From Lingula anatina (Eukaryota; Animalia; Brachiopoda), in assembly GCA_051362555.1 (NCBI GenBank), contig CM120640.1, positions 64,892,788 to 64,956,787 of the forward strand: a stretch of DNA of 64,000 nucleotides, read 5' to 3'. How positions within the stretch are numbered: position 1 is the first letter of the stretch; every line of letters begins with the position of its first letter. A program made the translations under genes and the position numbers. Of the stretch, positions 1 to 14,000 are shown piece after piece. A model generated the notes under the pieces. That model did not search any database, had not been told where the DNA came from, and was given only the letters and a program-made list of their open reading frames with translations.

Positions 1-1466
1 GAAGCCAACACTATCATTAATATAAGCTTTAAAAAATGACCAGATGAAATTGACTCAAGCACTACTGCAGTTATCAAACTTGATTAGGTTCCTAGGTTAT
101 CTATTATCTACCACACTTATCAGTGCCAGTCATTGTAAACATCCCTGTGTCACAAGTGTACAATCATTGTCAACATGAAAGTTTCACACTTCCCAAATAG
201 CTGTGAGACATAAACAGGTAAAACTGACCCCCCCCCCCCCCCCCAAGAAATAGATATAACCAGTACACTGTGTCGCATCCCAATCTCAGGATTTCAAGCT
301 CCACACCACAAATTCTCATTTTTGTGATACCCTTTTGACCGTACTAAAAATTAGACCTCACATTGAAATCGATAGTCACATGCTATTAACCAAGATATAT
401 ATCTTGTCATTTACACTTCAAAATTTGGCTTTTCTTTTTTTTTTTTATTGCATGAATAAATCCTTGTGTAACTGAATATTATCATGTATGAATCATCTTC
501 AATATGCTGAGTGTACTAGTATCTTAGTGATGCACTATCTGTTGGCACATTGGGCATAAGCACAAAACAACCTAAAACACGCCAAATAACATCTTAGCCA
601 GGTAAATTGGGTAGTGTGGCAAAGTCCACTTGAGATTAGGTAGTGAGATGCGGTTTATAAAGTCTTGTTTGGTTGTAGATGATATTAGCTGATAAATAGT
701 TTGTGTCTTAATAACTGTTTGGATGGTCTGGATTTACTTGGTGTTGTTTCATAAAAAGAACTACAACAACCAAACCAAGTCACTGACGAAAACCTGATGA
801 CTTATGTATGTTTTATCCTTTTAGAAATAAAATAAGATTTGTGATGAATTTAGGAGCTGAATATCTAATCTAACCAAATAGCTTCAAAGAAAGACCATTT
901 TAGAAATTTCCTTATTAACAAAAATTACATGACAATTTATTTAACCTACAAGTAAATGAACAGAATGAAAGCTTTAAGAGGGGCAGCAAACTACAATCAT
1001 TAACATGCTTGTGTAAGAGAACACATCAGGGTGACATTGTTATTGTGCTTTAGTACGAGTCGAACTGTGGATGCACCATGACAACAGTCGTGAAATGTTA
1101 TTTTTCAAATGGTTGTACACGATTCCAGATCTTGTTTTCAAAAAGCAGACAGCATATATTTAAGAATAATTCATTCAGACAAAGAACAAAAATAGATAAA
1201 CGCGCTCTTGTTTCAATGGTAACAAAAATTGAACCATTTCAATGATTTCGTTACTATATATTTGCGTTACTCTTTTTAAATCAAACCATATTCGTTTTAA
1301 AATGTGGATAGCAAGGTGAAGTTTGTATGGCAAACCTAAAAGGCATGTATCACATCGCCAGACAGTCGTTGAATTTGCTGTGAAAATGGTTGCTACAAAA
1401 TTTTCACCGGTGATTCAAATCCGGAATAATGGCCGCTACGTAAACAAGATACCTCTCTTGACTTAC

Positions 1467-1521
1467 CTTCTAAAAGTCGTGCAATTATGCTGTCTATATT
1501 TAATTTGTCTGCATCCGCCAT
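1467..1521 (-). CDS. PPP1C: Serine/threonine protein phosphatase PP1 catalytic subunit, first coding exon (gene continues off the left edge)
   Basis: Reverse complement reads ATG GCG GAT GCA GAC AAA TTA AAT ATA GAC AGC ATA ATT GCA CGA CTT TTA GAA G|gtaagt = MADADKLNIDSIIARLLE. This matches the PP1alpha/gamma N-terminus (e.g. MADLDKLNIDSIIQRLLEV). 55-nt phase-1 exon with a perfect donor; too short for the ORF track. Confidence 0.93.
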
Positions 1522-2058
1522 AACTTTGGATACGTTTGATGTTGTTCCTTATTTTCTTTACCGACTTTGGGCTGGTAAATCTTTGATGATGGCGGATAGA
1601 ATACACGAATAAAACCAACCCTTGTCAAAATGGCGGTCGTTACGAAGGCGGATGAATATACAGAAACTGCTAATGAAGAAATCACAACAAGACCAGCTTG
1701 CACCTTCGAACTAGTTTATTTGTATTTTTAAAATTTAGTTTGAAATTATAGGCTTCCAAATTATTAAAGTATTTAATAATTCGTAAATTATTACACCTTT
1801 CTCTTACTACGGGTGAAAAAACAGAAATAAAAAGATTTTAACGGTTGCTAACATTCCACCCTTTCAGTTTTCATTAGGGATGCTGGGATATGTGGCTAGA
1901 CATTCTAAGAGCAAGTGCTCTGGGGCTGGAGTTACGCTTTCAACTTCAAGCATATAGATACCCTCATTTGTGGGTTTCTTTGGCTTGACATGGAAGATTT
2001 ATTACAAAACAAGAGATAATGTTTAAAATGTTTCCAGTTTGAACTACGTAATAGGAAC
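1522..2058. promoter_or_regulatory. Bidirectional promoter / 5' UTR region between PP1c (-) and the ankyrin gene (+)
   Basis: The two start codons are about 540 bp apart and divergent. The region is locally CpG-richer than the flanking gene bodies. YY1-type motif AAAATGGCGG at 1627-1636. Confidence 0.6.
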
Positions 2059-2077
2059 ATGGTTATTAAAAGAAAAG
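2059..2077 (+). CDS. Ankyrin gene, probable first coding exon (MVIKRK)
   Basis: ATG GTT ATT AAA AGA AAA G|gtaagt; phase 1 joins in frame to ag|AT TTC CAG at 3157. Confidence 0.55.
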
Positions 2078-5000
2078 GTAAGTGATGGTATATATCTGCG
2101 AGTTCTGTGGATCTAACTTCTAAGACAGTGAGAGTGGCTAGTGTCAGGTTCACGTAGTTTACTTTATATATGTAGTAGTAATTCAAGTATTTTAGAGTGA
2201 TGCTTGCTGATTGCCAAGTACATGCATTTGCATCTATAATTGATTAACATAGTTTGAACATTGTGAATTGACTGACAAATCGGACAAAATATGGTTTATT
2301 CTGTGAATACAATAAGAGGTCATTCCATCATATAAATGGATTGTCACTGTCAGTAGGGAAAAAGTTAAGTAGTAGTTTGATTTCTTCTGGAGTTAGCTTG
2401 TTAGGCAGCTGTAGTTTATTACCTATATGTACAATATCTGTGTGATGCACATTCTGGATTAAAACCGTGTAATATAATTACATGTACTAGTAATGCCATA
2501 AAACGATCGAGTTGAGTGCACAAGCAAGCAACTCCATTTAATTGTTACTTTTTAAAGTCTGGGGATTATTCTTGTGAACTAAACAATTGTCAACACTGAG
2601 GAACTTTATAATGTATGTTATGCCTTATAGTGAGTCTGTTAGTGCTACATGTACCGATACACTACCGTGTGTGATAGCGGTTGAAGTCAGGGCCCAGTAA
2701 CTCGAAAGCATCGCGCATTGCAACCGAGCTCAAGCACCTCGATTTCCATATCTCCCCTATACTCGACTCATATGGGGTTTTGGAAATGAGCCTCGATCTT
2801 GCGCTCGGTTATAATGCATAATGCTTTCGAGTTACGGGGCCCTGGTCTGTGTTTTTATAGCTTTTTACCCTTGTGGCTTGTTGGTATCAAGTTTTCTCTA
2901 TGTACACATGTTCTGTAATTGTTAGTGCTCTACAGTTCTCACATACATACCTAGTACATGTGCATGTATTTAGAAATGATGTCACATTTCTTAGATGTTG
3001 AGGGTTTATCCTTAACTGACAAGAGGATAGACCTGAAAAGAGTACTATAAAGTGTTAGTTTACAGTGTACGGAAGTGGAAACAGTGCCATTATCAACAAC
3101 CAGCATCACAATGTCTTTTTGTAAAAAAGCTAATTTTTGATTCTGTTTGTTTTCAGATTTCCAGAAGGCAGCAGCTTTTATAAATGAATTTCTTCTTAAG
3201 CTTGGTGAAGGTGTGGAGTGTGCAGAGTTAAGGGATTCCCTCAACTTGACCTTGCTGTATATGCAGAGGTATTATCGAACATTAAGGTTGCGATCTCAGT
3301 CAAGAGAAAGGACAGATAATCAAAATGAACAAAATCTGGGGATGTCCATGCGGGGGCTGAGCCCTATGACTCCATTCAGAGATGTCCCCGACAAATTTCA
3401 CTGGCGCTGGATAAATATCGACTGTCCTAAAGTATCAGGGAGTTTACCGCTGGAGGGAGATCTGGTTACTCTTCCTTTGGTTATTCAGGCAGCGAAGCAG
3501 GGAGACATCGAGTTAATTGAACAGCTATTGGAAAAGGGTAAGCAAGGTGTTGGATGATGTACTGCTGGTAGTATATAGGCTTACATGTTAGAACAAGTTT
3601 TTTCATTTTTAGATGAAACCTACCAGTACAGTTAATAAAATAAATATGAAGAGTGGTCCTTTTTAAAAAAAATCATTTAATGAAATTTTTCAACTTGATT
3701 TAAGGATCACTAATTATTTTATTGATCTGACATTGAATACAACATTTCTGTAACTAAGTAAAGATTTATCTTTGGAATAGTAGAGTACCTCTGTGGACAG
3801 AACAATATACTATTTATGTGCTCAATTGATTTTACACCCAGCAGGGAGGCATAGTCAGATAATTATGTACACTAGTGAATAATTCAAGAGAAAGAATGGA
3901 TGAGAATTGGCATAATCTGTCAATAAATAATTGAATACTGTCCATAAACAAGGTACATGCAAAATCATAAATAATTATGTGAATTACCTCAATGCTAATT
4001 AATATACACTGTATGCTTTAAGACATGAAGTGTCCAAACTAGAATTACTAGTAGTTGCTTTTAAATAAGTGTCTTATATATGTTCACTAGTTACTCTTTA
4101 GAAACTTGGATTTTGTTTTGAATGTGTGTAACTAAAAAAAAATTAAGACGAAGAAATTTTTATTTTACTATATAGGCCATTAATTGTTTAGTATATTTAA
4201 TAGATGACAGTGCTTTTCATGTTCCCGGGGAACCAGAATTATTTACAGATCAAATATGATTTGAAATAAAAAAAAATTAAAGATTCAGCAGTCAAATATG
4301 CTTCTTCCCAAGTAGCTACAAAGTAGACGATAAGTTGCATTTTATGCTGTGCTAAGATAAATCAAAGGAAGAAAAAGATAGTAATTCGACAATATTCCCT
4401 TTACTTGTTTAAAATTGTTATGCCAAAAAAGTGATGCCTTTATTTTCAAGCAAAGTCTGTTATTGTGGTAATATGAATTATGTGAATATGAAATATAATG
4501 GCTAACAACATGTTAATAGCAGTCAGAATGTCATGCTTTCTGGGTGAGCTGTTTTCCTTTTATGAATTCTGGACTTACTGATTTGATTCATTCAAATTTG
4601 ATTTATTCAATTCAGTCAAAATTTTTTGTTTTATGCTATACCAGTGTTTACATGTGAAAACCTTGTTTTCCTTTAAATACAACTTAATTTGCTCTTTTGC
4701 ATTGATTTATTTTGAAAAATACCCATCTGATCCATAACCTTTGAGTTACCAAGGTAAAAACCATGGAGTTCTACTGCCTGATCAATACTCTGAGGTATAA
4801 TAATCTGGCAGTTAAATTGGAAATATTGATCAGGAGCTTCTTTTTAGGTGTCACAGGGGCTAATTTACTAATGTTAACGTCAGCGACAAGCATTAGCAGA
4901 GTGATATGTTATTACATCTGAAACATACTCCCTGACAATAAATTACATATGTGCAAAATCATTTTATCCTGATTGCGTTTCAGATCTGCTATGAAGTTGA

Positions 5001-8000
5001 TCATATCAAGATTGATGAATGTATTACCAAGAATGTTCAACCTAAATGGCCAAAATCGTCCTGTTAAAATGGACCCTAAAGATGTTTTTTTTTTTTCCCC
5101 AGATTTAAGCTTTGGTTTTGGTACCTATAAACTCCTGAAGTTTTTCCACAGAACTGCAATTTAACATTGATTCTAAAGTACATCAGCACAAAATTGACAC
5201 TTGAATACAACTCTTAAAAGGCAAATTCTAGCCTTAGCTTTAGACCACAACATGCACCAGCCCTGCAGGTGCCTAGCAATTAAACGGATTAAATCTCAGA
5301 TCCAAGGTTAAATTTTTAAGCCCTAGCAAGGCTGGCACATGTGGTAGGCAGGGAGACCATTAGGGGATTAGCGACATCACTCTCAAGTTGGGTCAGCCAT
5401 TTCTAATCCATGGACCAGTTAGTTCCTGGATCATCTGTTCTGGTTGCGACCATAGGTGCCCAAAAATCACGGACCATGCTTATTTATGACTGAAACGATG
5501 TTAAATCACACTGCTATGAAAAAATTAAACCTTCTGGAGTTTCTAGATATGTAAAACAAACCTTATGTAATCTTGGTAATACATTATTAATCACATGTAT
5601 AGGCACTGCAAATGACTTGAGTTGTTCCTTTTACCTGCATCTAAACTTGTTTCTTGCTACCATGTTATACTCATTTGCCACACCATATTCCCATTTTGCT
5701 ATATGTTAAGTTGAGGCTTTTATCAGTATATGGTCAAAATACATGTCACATATGAAAATTGGCAGTAATGGGTAATTTTTACAGAAGTAGTTCTTATCCC
5801 ATTTCAAATTTTTTGTGCTTCAATTGTAATTCAGAATAAGCTTGAAACATATGATATCATTGTTGTTGCATATTAAAAAGCAGTAGAGAGGGGCCACATT
5901 GCAATGATATTTATATTTCATTTTTTGTGCTTATCTGGAATTTCTCTGGGGTCCTGCTAATGTATTTACTTTTACATTGAATCAGATAACAGAAAAGCTT
6001 TTCATCAGTTTTAAAGTAACAGGTAAATGTTATCTAAGTATTTTCTCCATAAAAAGGTCATAAAACAAAAGTGGACATGTTTTATGTGGTTAAAGATTAA
6101 GGACACGTTTAGTTTTACATGTACTTTTTTTGTCTCATAGATATAAATGATACAAAATGTATAGGCTGGGACCACAGCCCTTGCCCCCATTTCGACTTAA
6201 CCCGTTCCTTTGATCAATACCAGCAAATAGGCACCCTTTGTGGGCTCCTCGATAAATCTAAATGCAAATGGAGATTTTGTTTGTATAGGCGTGTGCATTC
6301 TGTGCCCATTAACAACAATAGCTAGCAACTGCAAACACCATATAAATACGGAATTCCTTACCTTACAACATTTAACTTTATTTATTTTCTTTTTCACATG
6401 TCAGGCACCTGTTCTTTGTAGATGTTTGGTAATTGCTGTTGTTATAACCCTTGGCAATATTCCAAAGCAAAATTTAATTGTGCAGGTTGTTACATTGCTG
6501 TAGACTATGAAGCAGAATATGGGTGCAAATTTTCACTTATATTCCAAGAACTAAAAATTGTTAAACCCAGGCTGATGTTCATTTGTTTTGCTGTGACTTC
6601 ACTTTTGTTACCTTTTAGGTGTTAACTCTATAGTAAATAGCACACCAGAATCATAGAATTATCGTAAATGTTACAGCTAACCACAAACCACAAAGCCAAT
6701 TATTTATAGATTTTGTCTGTAAATGTAATCCATTGATAAGAGAGGGAAAGGTTGGTACAGAGTATTTACATACTGCACATTACTTTGCAGAACTTCATGC
6801 CCTGTACTTTCCCATTTTCTGTGGATTAAAATTGTTAAATAAACAATGAATAGTAAAGAAAGATAGAAAGCATCTAAGGGGCCATCACAAGGCCAAAGTA
6901 TGTGGTGTAGGTGTGAAAGAGGAGTTGTAAAATCCATACGTTGGTGCTGTTTTAAACCCAAAAATGCACTTGATCTAGAAAGGACCTATGGAGCCTTTAA
7001 ATTAAATCATTACAATTAATTAAGGAGGCGCCAACTTTTTCACACTTATGACACCTTAGGATACCAATATAAAAATAGTTATGACATACCTGTCATTTAT
7101 ATCTTGCAAAAAAGCTTTTATTTAATGCAAACATGTAGACCATATCAACTAAACACATTAGTAAGTCCAAATTTTTCATATATTGCACCTTCTTAAGAAG
7201 TGATAAGAAATATCGATATTTCAAACTTCATATCCATATAGGAAATCTATTTGAAAAAAGTAGAATTTGTGGGCTTATGATATCTTACCTTTAATTCTTT
7301 CTCTTCTATGCTACTTGATTTTAAAATTATCTTTTTTCATAATTAAATGGAAACACTGAAAAAACAATCTTTTCTTCCTTTTGAGTAAAAACAATTGTTT
7401 CATGCAACAAGGATTTCAGTTAACCTGGATACTGTGATGGAGTCAGAGAAGATAAACTCTACTTATTTTATTTTTGTGTGATTACTAGTAATATGATCTC
7501 TCTACATAAAATAGAGATTAAACAGCATTATTCTAAGCATATATTTAGCTTTATTGGTTGTCTGTCCATGAATATATATGTTGTCTCCAGTTTCAAACTT
7601 GACATTTACATCTGGGTTCTTATCAGATACATGTACTGAATCAAAATCTGCATTTGTTTGACAGACTGATATGTTTTCTGGCAGGTGCAACATTATCCTT
7701 TCTTTACTAGTAAAATCTAATATATTGCTCTCTGTTTCCTAATTATCCAACATTTCTAGCACATCAGTTACTCTGAGATTGCAATAATGACCTGTGTCTG
7801 CCATTTGAATACATATATAATCAGCAACATGTCTGAAAAAAGACCAATTTAAGTCACAATTGATTTTAGATATCCACAAAGAAGGGCAGTACAGCATAGC
7901 TGTTGTATGTGTACTATATACAGCATGTTTTTTTTTTTTTCATAAATGTCAATGCATGGTGTCTTCTCATTTCTGTACTGCATATATATGCAGTTGTTGG

Positions 8001-11000
8001 CTCTTTGAGCTTATGAAAACACATGGCATATGTGGGTTGAAGGTGCTTACTGTGTTATTCCTTTTGATTTGAAGAACACTTTGGATATACCTTTTAACAT
8101 AAATCAATATATATTTGATCAGCCAGGTAATTGTTATCATTTTTCAAATTAGGACATCTAACATTTGGTTAGTTCTTTATATTGAAAAAGGGGTGAGTCA
8201 GGAATAACTGTTTTACAGAAGCACTTTTGAAGCACTTGATCAACTGACTATATTACCATCATTTTTTCATCTTGTTTCAGACAAACGCTGTATTGACCAG
8301 ACAGACAGTCATGGGCGAACATGTGTAATGTATGCTGTCCACTTTAAGCAAAATGAGGCCTTGAAGATATTGCTAGACAATGGTGCTGATGTCAATGCTG
8401 TGGCATATGGTGAGTGAATATAGAGCAGTCCACAGTTTGTATTCAATAGCTGTGAGCAAACTTGAGAGAATCAGCAGAAGTTGTCCAGAGGACCTATTTC
8501 TAATATTCCAAACTTCTTGTGTGGGTGCTTTTAATCTTGCAAACGTACCTAAAAATAGTGCAAGCTCATGTTTAGTATTGAATGTGAAAGTTGTGTGCAA
8601 CAAGCATACTTTTTTTAAAAATAACTTGTCCCTTATAGCTGTTTAAAGTTGGTTAGATTTACATTTTCTTGTCACAGATGGTCGTATATATATACCATCT
8701 GTGACAAGAAATGTAAATACTTTTATAACCGCACATTGAAGGTAGAAGGGATAGGTGGCTGATATATATCAGGAATAACCATTTGTATTTTAATGGTGCA
8801 GTACAGAGTCAGTGTCCTGTGTATATATGAGATGACCACACTGTTACAGTTGAAATGTGTTTTTCAGATGGCTCCACTGCTGTCCACAGAGCATGTTGTG
8901 ATGGTCACCATGAGGCCCTGAGAATACTTATTGACCACCAGGCTGACCTGACCACAGGGGACTGTATGGGAAGGGCACCTGTACATTGGGCTGTCTCTGT
9001 ACCTGAACAGGACTGTTTAAAGGTGAGCCAGCCTGCTGAGGAATGTGGAATATCTGTTCCTATAACATGAGATTTTTTAATTTGTTTTATATCAAGCTGA
9101 TTTATAAATATATTTTATGCCACCAGACTGATTTACATGAATTATAATTTCCAGTGATGATAATATAAGTAATGAACATAGTTTTTATTATGGAATGTGC
9201 ATTCTATCTGTCTGCTGGTCTTTCTTTCAGTTGCTGCTGGAACATGAAGTATCAATCAATGTGAGGGACAAGGACGGCATGACCCCCAGTATGTGGGCAT
9301 GTAGGATGGACCACATCCAGCACTTTGAGCTGCTGACTTCAGTGGATGACCAGTGGTCAAGTGGTGATGGTCTGGAGAGAGATAACCATGGCAAGACATG
9401 GATGCATTGGTCAGTGAGGAAAACTGAACCTCTGGAGTGTCTACAGGTATATACAAATACAAAAGGTTTTGATTATTTTGCCACAGGTGTATCTAGGATC
9501 ATAATGGCCTAAGTAGTGCAACAGGTGGCTGTGAAGATTTTGCTATTTTATCAACCTTATCTGATAATGTATAATATCCAATAAGCTGTACATGGGATAT
9601 ATAGTGCACTTGCACACATTAATAGATCTCACATACAAATACAGTTTCATGAAGGAACAATGTTACAAATATGTGAAATATAGGTATACCATACCTTATT
9701 TTGACTGTCATACATTCCAGACATTTCTGACTGAAGAAAGTGCAGCTATAAAGGACGATGAAGGAAAAACTGTGATGTTAACTGCAGCAGAGCAAGGTAA
9801 GGAAACAATCAGTATTCTTGATATCAAAGCCACTGCACCATTTCACAAAGAATCTTAAAACTAATACAATCTCTCATATACGTTTATGTAAGAAGTTTTA
9901 CAGTAATTTATCAAATTCAAATGCATTTACTCTTAATACTATTGGAAATGTCCAATCCCCTGTCTGCAGGCTCTGTGGTTGCCATGAAGACTGTCCTGGA
10001 GATCGGTGGGGAAGATGTGATTTATGATGAGGATAACCAGGGCAGAACCAGCCTCCACCTCGCCACCATAGGGGGACACGGGGAGTGCATTAACTTTCTA
10101 CTGGAACATGGAGGTAGTGTAGTGCTGGCCTGATCATGACTGGAATATCCACTAATGTTCCAGTTATGTGATATGACCTCAATATGAAACACCTTTTTTA
10201 TAGTGATAACATGGCTTGTTTCATGTTGACAGCGCTTGAAAATGTGTATTCAGCTATATTTTATTTAAAGAGAACAACAAATATAAAGGAGGGCTGATAT
10301 AGGATCTGGCATACAGCAATTTAATACAATTATATTGTTCAGGGGTATTTGTATTTTTCAAGTATTTGATAGTTTAGCAATCATGTGATGTTCAGTCAGT
10401 ATACACACCGTCTGCTTGAAAGACTATCAAGTAAAATTAGAATGCATGAAAGACAGGTATATTTTAACCTTCCCTTGTTTTGACACCAGTTGATCTGTCG
10501 AAGTGTGACAAGAGCAATGCAACAGCCATGGACTACGCCAAGGCCCGTCACCTGAACTACAGCATGATGATATTGTCTGCATACCAGAGACAGAGAGACA
10601 AACAGAACAGGAAAATTCAAGGCAATAGCTCACCTGAGGTAAGGGTGACTAGAACACTTGTATAGCATGGGTTTGGAATAATATTATGTGTATTCCACAA
10701 AATTTAAACAATACATGCCACTGTTTCAAGGGAAGAAGTGATGTGTTTGTGTAAGCATGTTAAGAGAGATATACTAAAACAGGAGTTGACACTACATATA
10801 GTGATTTTCACTTTTGATTTTGACTACATTTTGTCTATAATACATATTACATATATTATAATAAGTAGTATAACATTGGCCTCATGTCCCTGGCAGAGGA
10901 TTCAAAAGTTTTTGCAAGTTTTAATACTTGGGTCTTTATAACCACACCACATGTGAACGAAATAAACTTCCGAAACCAGAGTATTATTTCTCACATTCCA

Positions 11001-14000
11001 TCGTATATTTTAATAGCATGATCAAAGTGACGAAGAAAACAAAGACAATAACTTGACAAATAAGCACCAGGTGGCTCCTCCCCACCCTCCCAGCCACCCT
11101 AAAAGTGGAACCACACCAAAACAGCAAAACGTGAAGCAGCAGCACTGGGGTCACATGGTGGCTCCAGAGGAGCAGGACTCTGGTCACAGCACACAGGGGG
11201 AGACAGAGAAGCCTAATACTAGTGACAAAGAAATTACTCAGGTAAGAAGTCCTTGAGGTTTAGGCTCTGTTCACATGGAAAATCTATTTTCTAAAAAATC
11301 TAAAAATCTATTTTCGGCATCTTGTGATTACGGTCTGTGCCCTGGATATCCCGCGGCGTAATTACTGGCAGCGCCAGCGAGTTACTTCCAAAGTTGTAAT
11401 TAATTCTCGGCTGTGCTCGGAGGAGATTCTGATACCTTGATGCATGCGCAGTAGGAAGTTACTCCAACTTGTTTTGCACTACCAATAGCCATATTATGCG
11501 TCTGTATGCTTGAGTCGTCACAACTAAACTGATGAACTTCACAGCTTAGAGATACTACTGCCAGTAAGTACGCCGCGGGGTATCCAGGGCACAGACCGTG
11601 ATCACAAGATACCGAAAATAGATTTTTCTAATTTTGTATTATTGTACCACCAGCGTAGGCGCTGGCGGTACCCATGGTTTTAGTCCCGACCCGTATGTTC
11701 CGCCGGCTCCTGCGGCTCCGCCGGCTCCTGCGGCTCCACCGGCTCCTGCGGCTCCTGCGGCTCCGCCGCCAAGTCACCGTTACCGCTTCTCCTCCTAGAC
11801 GGTAAGGGCCCCTGTACCCATCTCTTGGATTTAGGTCACCTATAATCTCAACTCGTTCCATGTAAAATTTGGGCTTTGTCGGTATTGGGGTCTAGGTGTG
11901 GCACTCATTGCAATGCACCCTTGTCTAAAAATGGCAAAATTAAATGCTAATTATCTACCCTAAGGAAGGAGTTATGGGAAAAATTTCTACAGACAGCTTT
12001 CCAAAAGTCATATGTGTAGTTTTCAAATATGCCCTTGGATTTGACCTTTGACCTTTATTTCAAGGTCAAACGGGCCAAAATTTTCAAAAAAATTAATTTT
12101 TTTACGAAAAAAATTTTTTTTGCCCTGTTATTCAGACACCACGCAGACTTAACCAATAATATTATTGGAAAGTGTTACCCTTCGGGTCATCTTTCATCTC
12201 CGTGAATTTGGGGTCAATCAGTGCATTTTCACGGGAGTAGCGGCCATAAGATACCGAAACTGAAAACTGTCTCTAATTTGGGAACCGTTAATGCTAGAGA
12301 CCCATTCTTTTTTGCATTTTGTAGAGCATGTAAAGCCCAACACTGGAGGTGGTCTCGGTTTTTTTGTATTCCATACGGTTTTCGAGTTACACTGTATCAA
12401 AAAGTACATATTGGTGGTGAAAGCAAAATGTGCAGTACGGTAATGGATAATAAATTTTGAACTCCGGAAAAATAAAACATAAGGCTTGGCAAAGCAGACA
12501 ACTTGTGGTCAAAAATGACATTATTTCATCAAATTTGAACTTCTGGAACTTCAGAGCACCTCCCATTTTAAGAATTTTGACCAAAATGACCTTTTCTTTA
12601 TTTTAATTAATTTTTTCTGTAGGAAATTTATGGCACATTATGGTAATTCCAAAATTATAACATTTAGTCCCTTATATCTCCAAAACTGGCAGAGATAGGT
12701 CTATAGTTACTATTGAAGTTGAATAGGAAGTCATATACTGGCAATCTAAATGTGACCTTAAAATTGACCTTTGACCTACTTTTCACCATGAACTGAACTT
12801 TGCAAATTTTGCTTCCCTTTTATCTCCAAAACTGGCAGAGATAGGTCCATAGTTACTATTGAAGTTGAATAGGAAGTCATATACTGGCAATCTAAATGTG
12901 ACCTTAAAATTGACCTTTGACCTACTTTTCACCATGAACTGAACTTTGCAAATTTTGCTTCCCTTTTATCTCCAAAATTGGCAGAGATAGGTCCATAGTT
13001 ACTATTGAAGTTGAATAGGAAGTCATATACTGGCAATCTAAATGTGACCTTGAAATTGACCTTTGACCTACTTTTCACCATGAACTGAACTTTGCAAATT
13101 TTGCTTCCCTTTTATCTCCAAAACTGGCAGAGATAGGTCCATAGTTACTATTGAAGTTGAATGGGAAGTCATATACTGGCAATCTAAATGTGACCTTTAA
13201 ATTGACCTTTGACCTACTTTTCACCATGAACTGAACTTTGCAAGTTTTGCTACCCTTTTATCTCCAAAACTGGCAGAGATAGGTCCATAGTTACTATAGA
13301 ACTTGATTAGGAAGTCATATACTGGCAATCTAAATGTGACCTTTAAATTGACCTTTGACCTACTTTTCACTATGAACTGAACTTTGCAAATTTTGCTTCC
13401 CTTTTATCTCTAAAGTTACGCTGTATCAAAAAATACATATTGGTGGTGAAAGCAAAATGTGCAGTACGGTAATGGATAATAAATTTTGAACTCCGGAAAA
13501 ATAATACATAAGGCTTGGCAAAGCAGACAACTTGTGGTGAAAAATGACATTATTTCATGAAATTTGAACACCTGGAACTTCAGAGCACCTCCCATTCCAA
13601 AAATTTTGACCAAAATAACCTTTTCTTTATTTTAATTAATTTTTTTCTGTAGGAAATTTATGGCACATTATGGAAACTCCAAAATTATAACATTTAGTCC
13701 CTTTTATCTGCAAAACTGGCAGAGATAGGTCCATAGATACTATTGAACTTGAATAGAAAGTCATATACTGGCAATCTTACTGTGACCTTGAAATTGACCT
13801 TTGACCTATTTTTCACCATGAACTGAACTTTGCAAATTTGCTTCCCTTTTATCTCCAAAACTGGCAGAGATAGGTCCATAGTTACTATTGAACTTGAATA
13901 GGAAGTCAAATACTGTCAATCTTACTGTGACCTTGAAATTGACCTTTGACCCACTTTTTATCATGAATTGAACTTTGCAAATTTTGGTTCCCTTTTATCT

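Noticed and set aside
2995-3056. Possible extra exon of the ankyrin gene (ttag|AT GTT GAG...)
   Set aside because: Reaches TAA in frame before any phase-compatible donor; the 2077-3157 splice already keeps frame.
3157-10638. Ankyrin protein as a MYPT-like PP1 regulatory subunit, given its adjacency to PP1c
   Set aside because: No RVxF motif found before the ANK repeats (KFHW and RAPVHW do not fit); the repeats look more like ANKRD55/inversin.
11628-11861. RRSRRSRR protamine/SR-like ORF and related ORFs at 18353-18562 and 31884-32238
   Set aside because: Translations of the 9-bp minisatellite in the HINE copies; frames are not conserved between copies.
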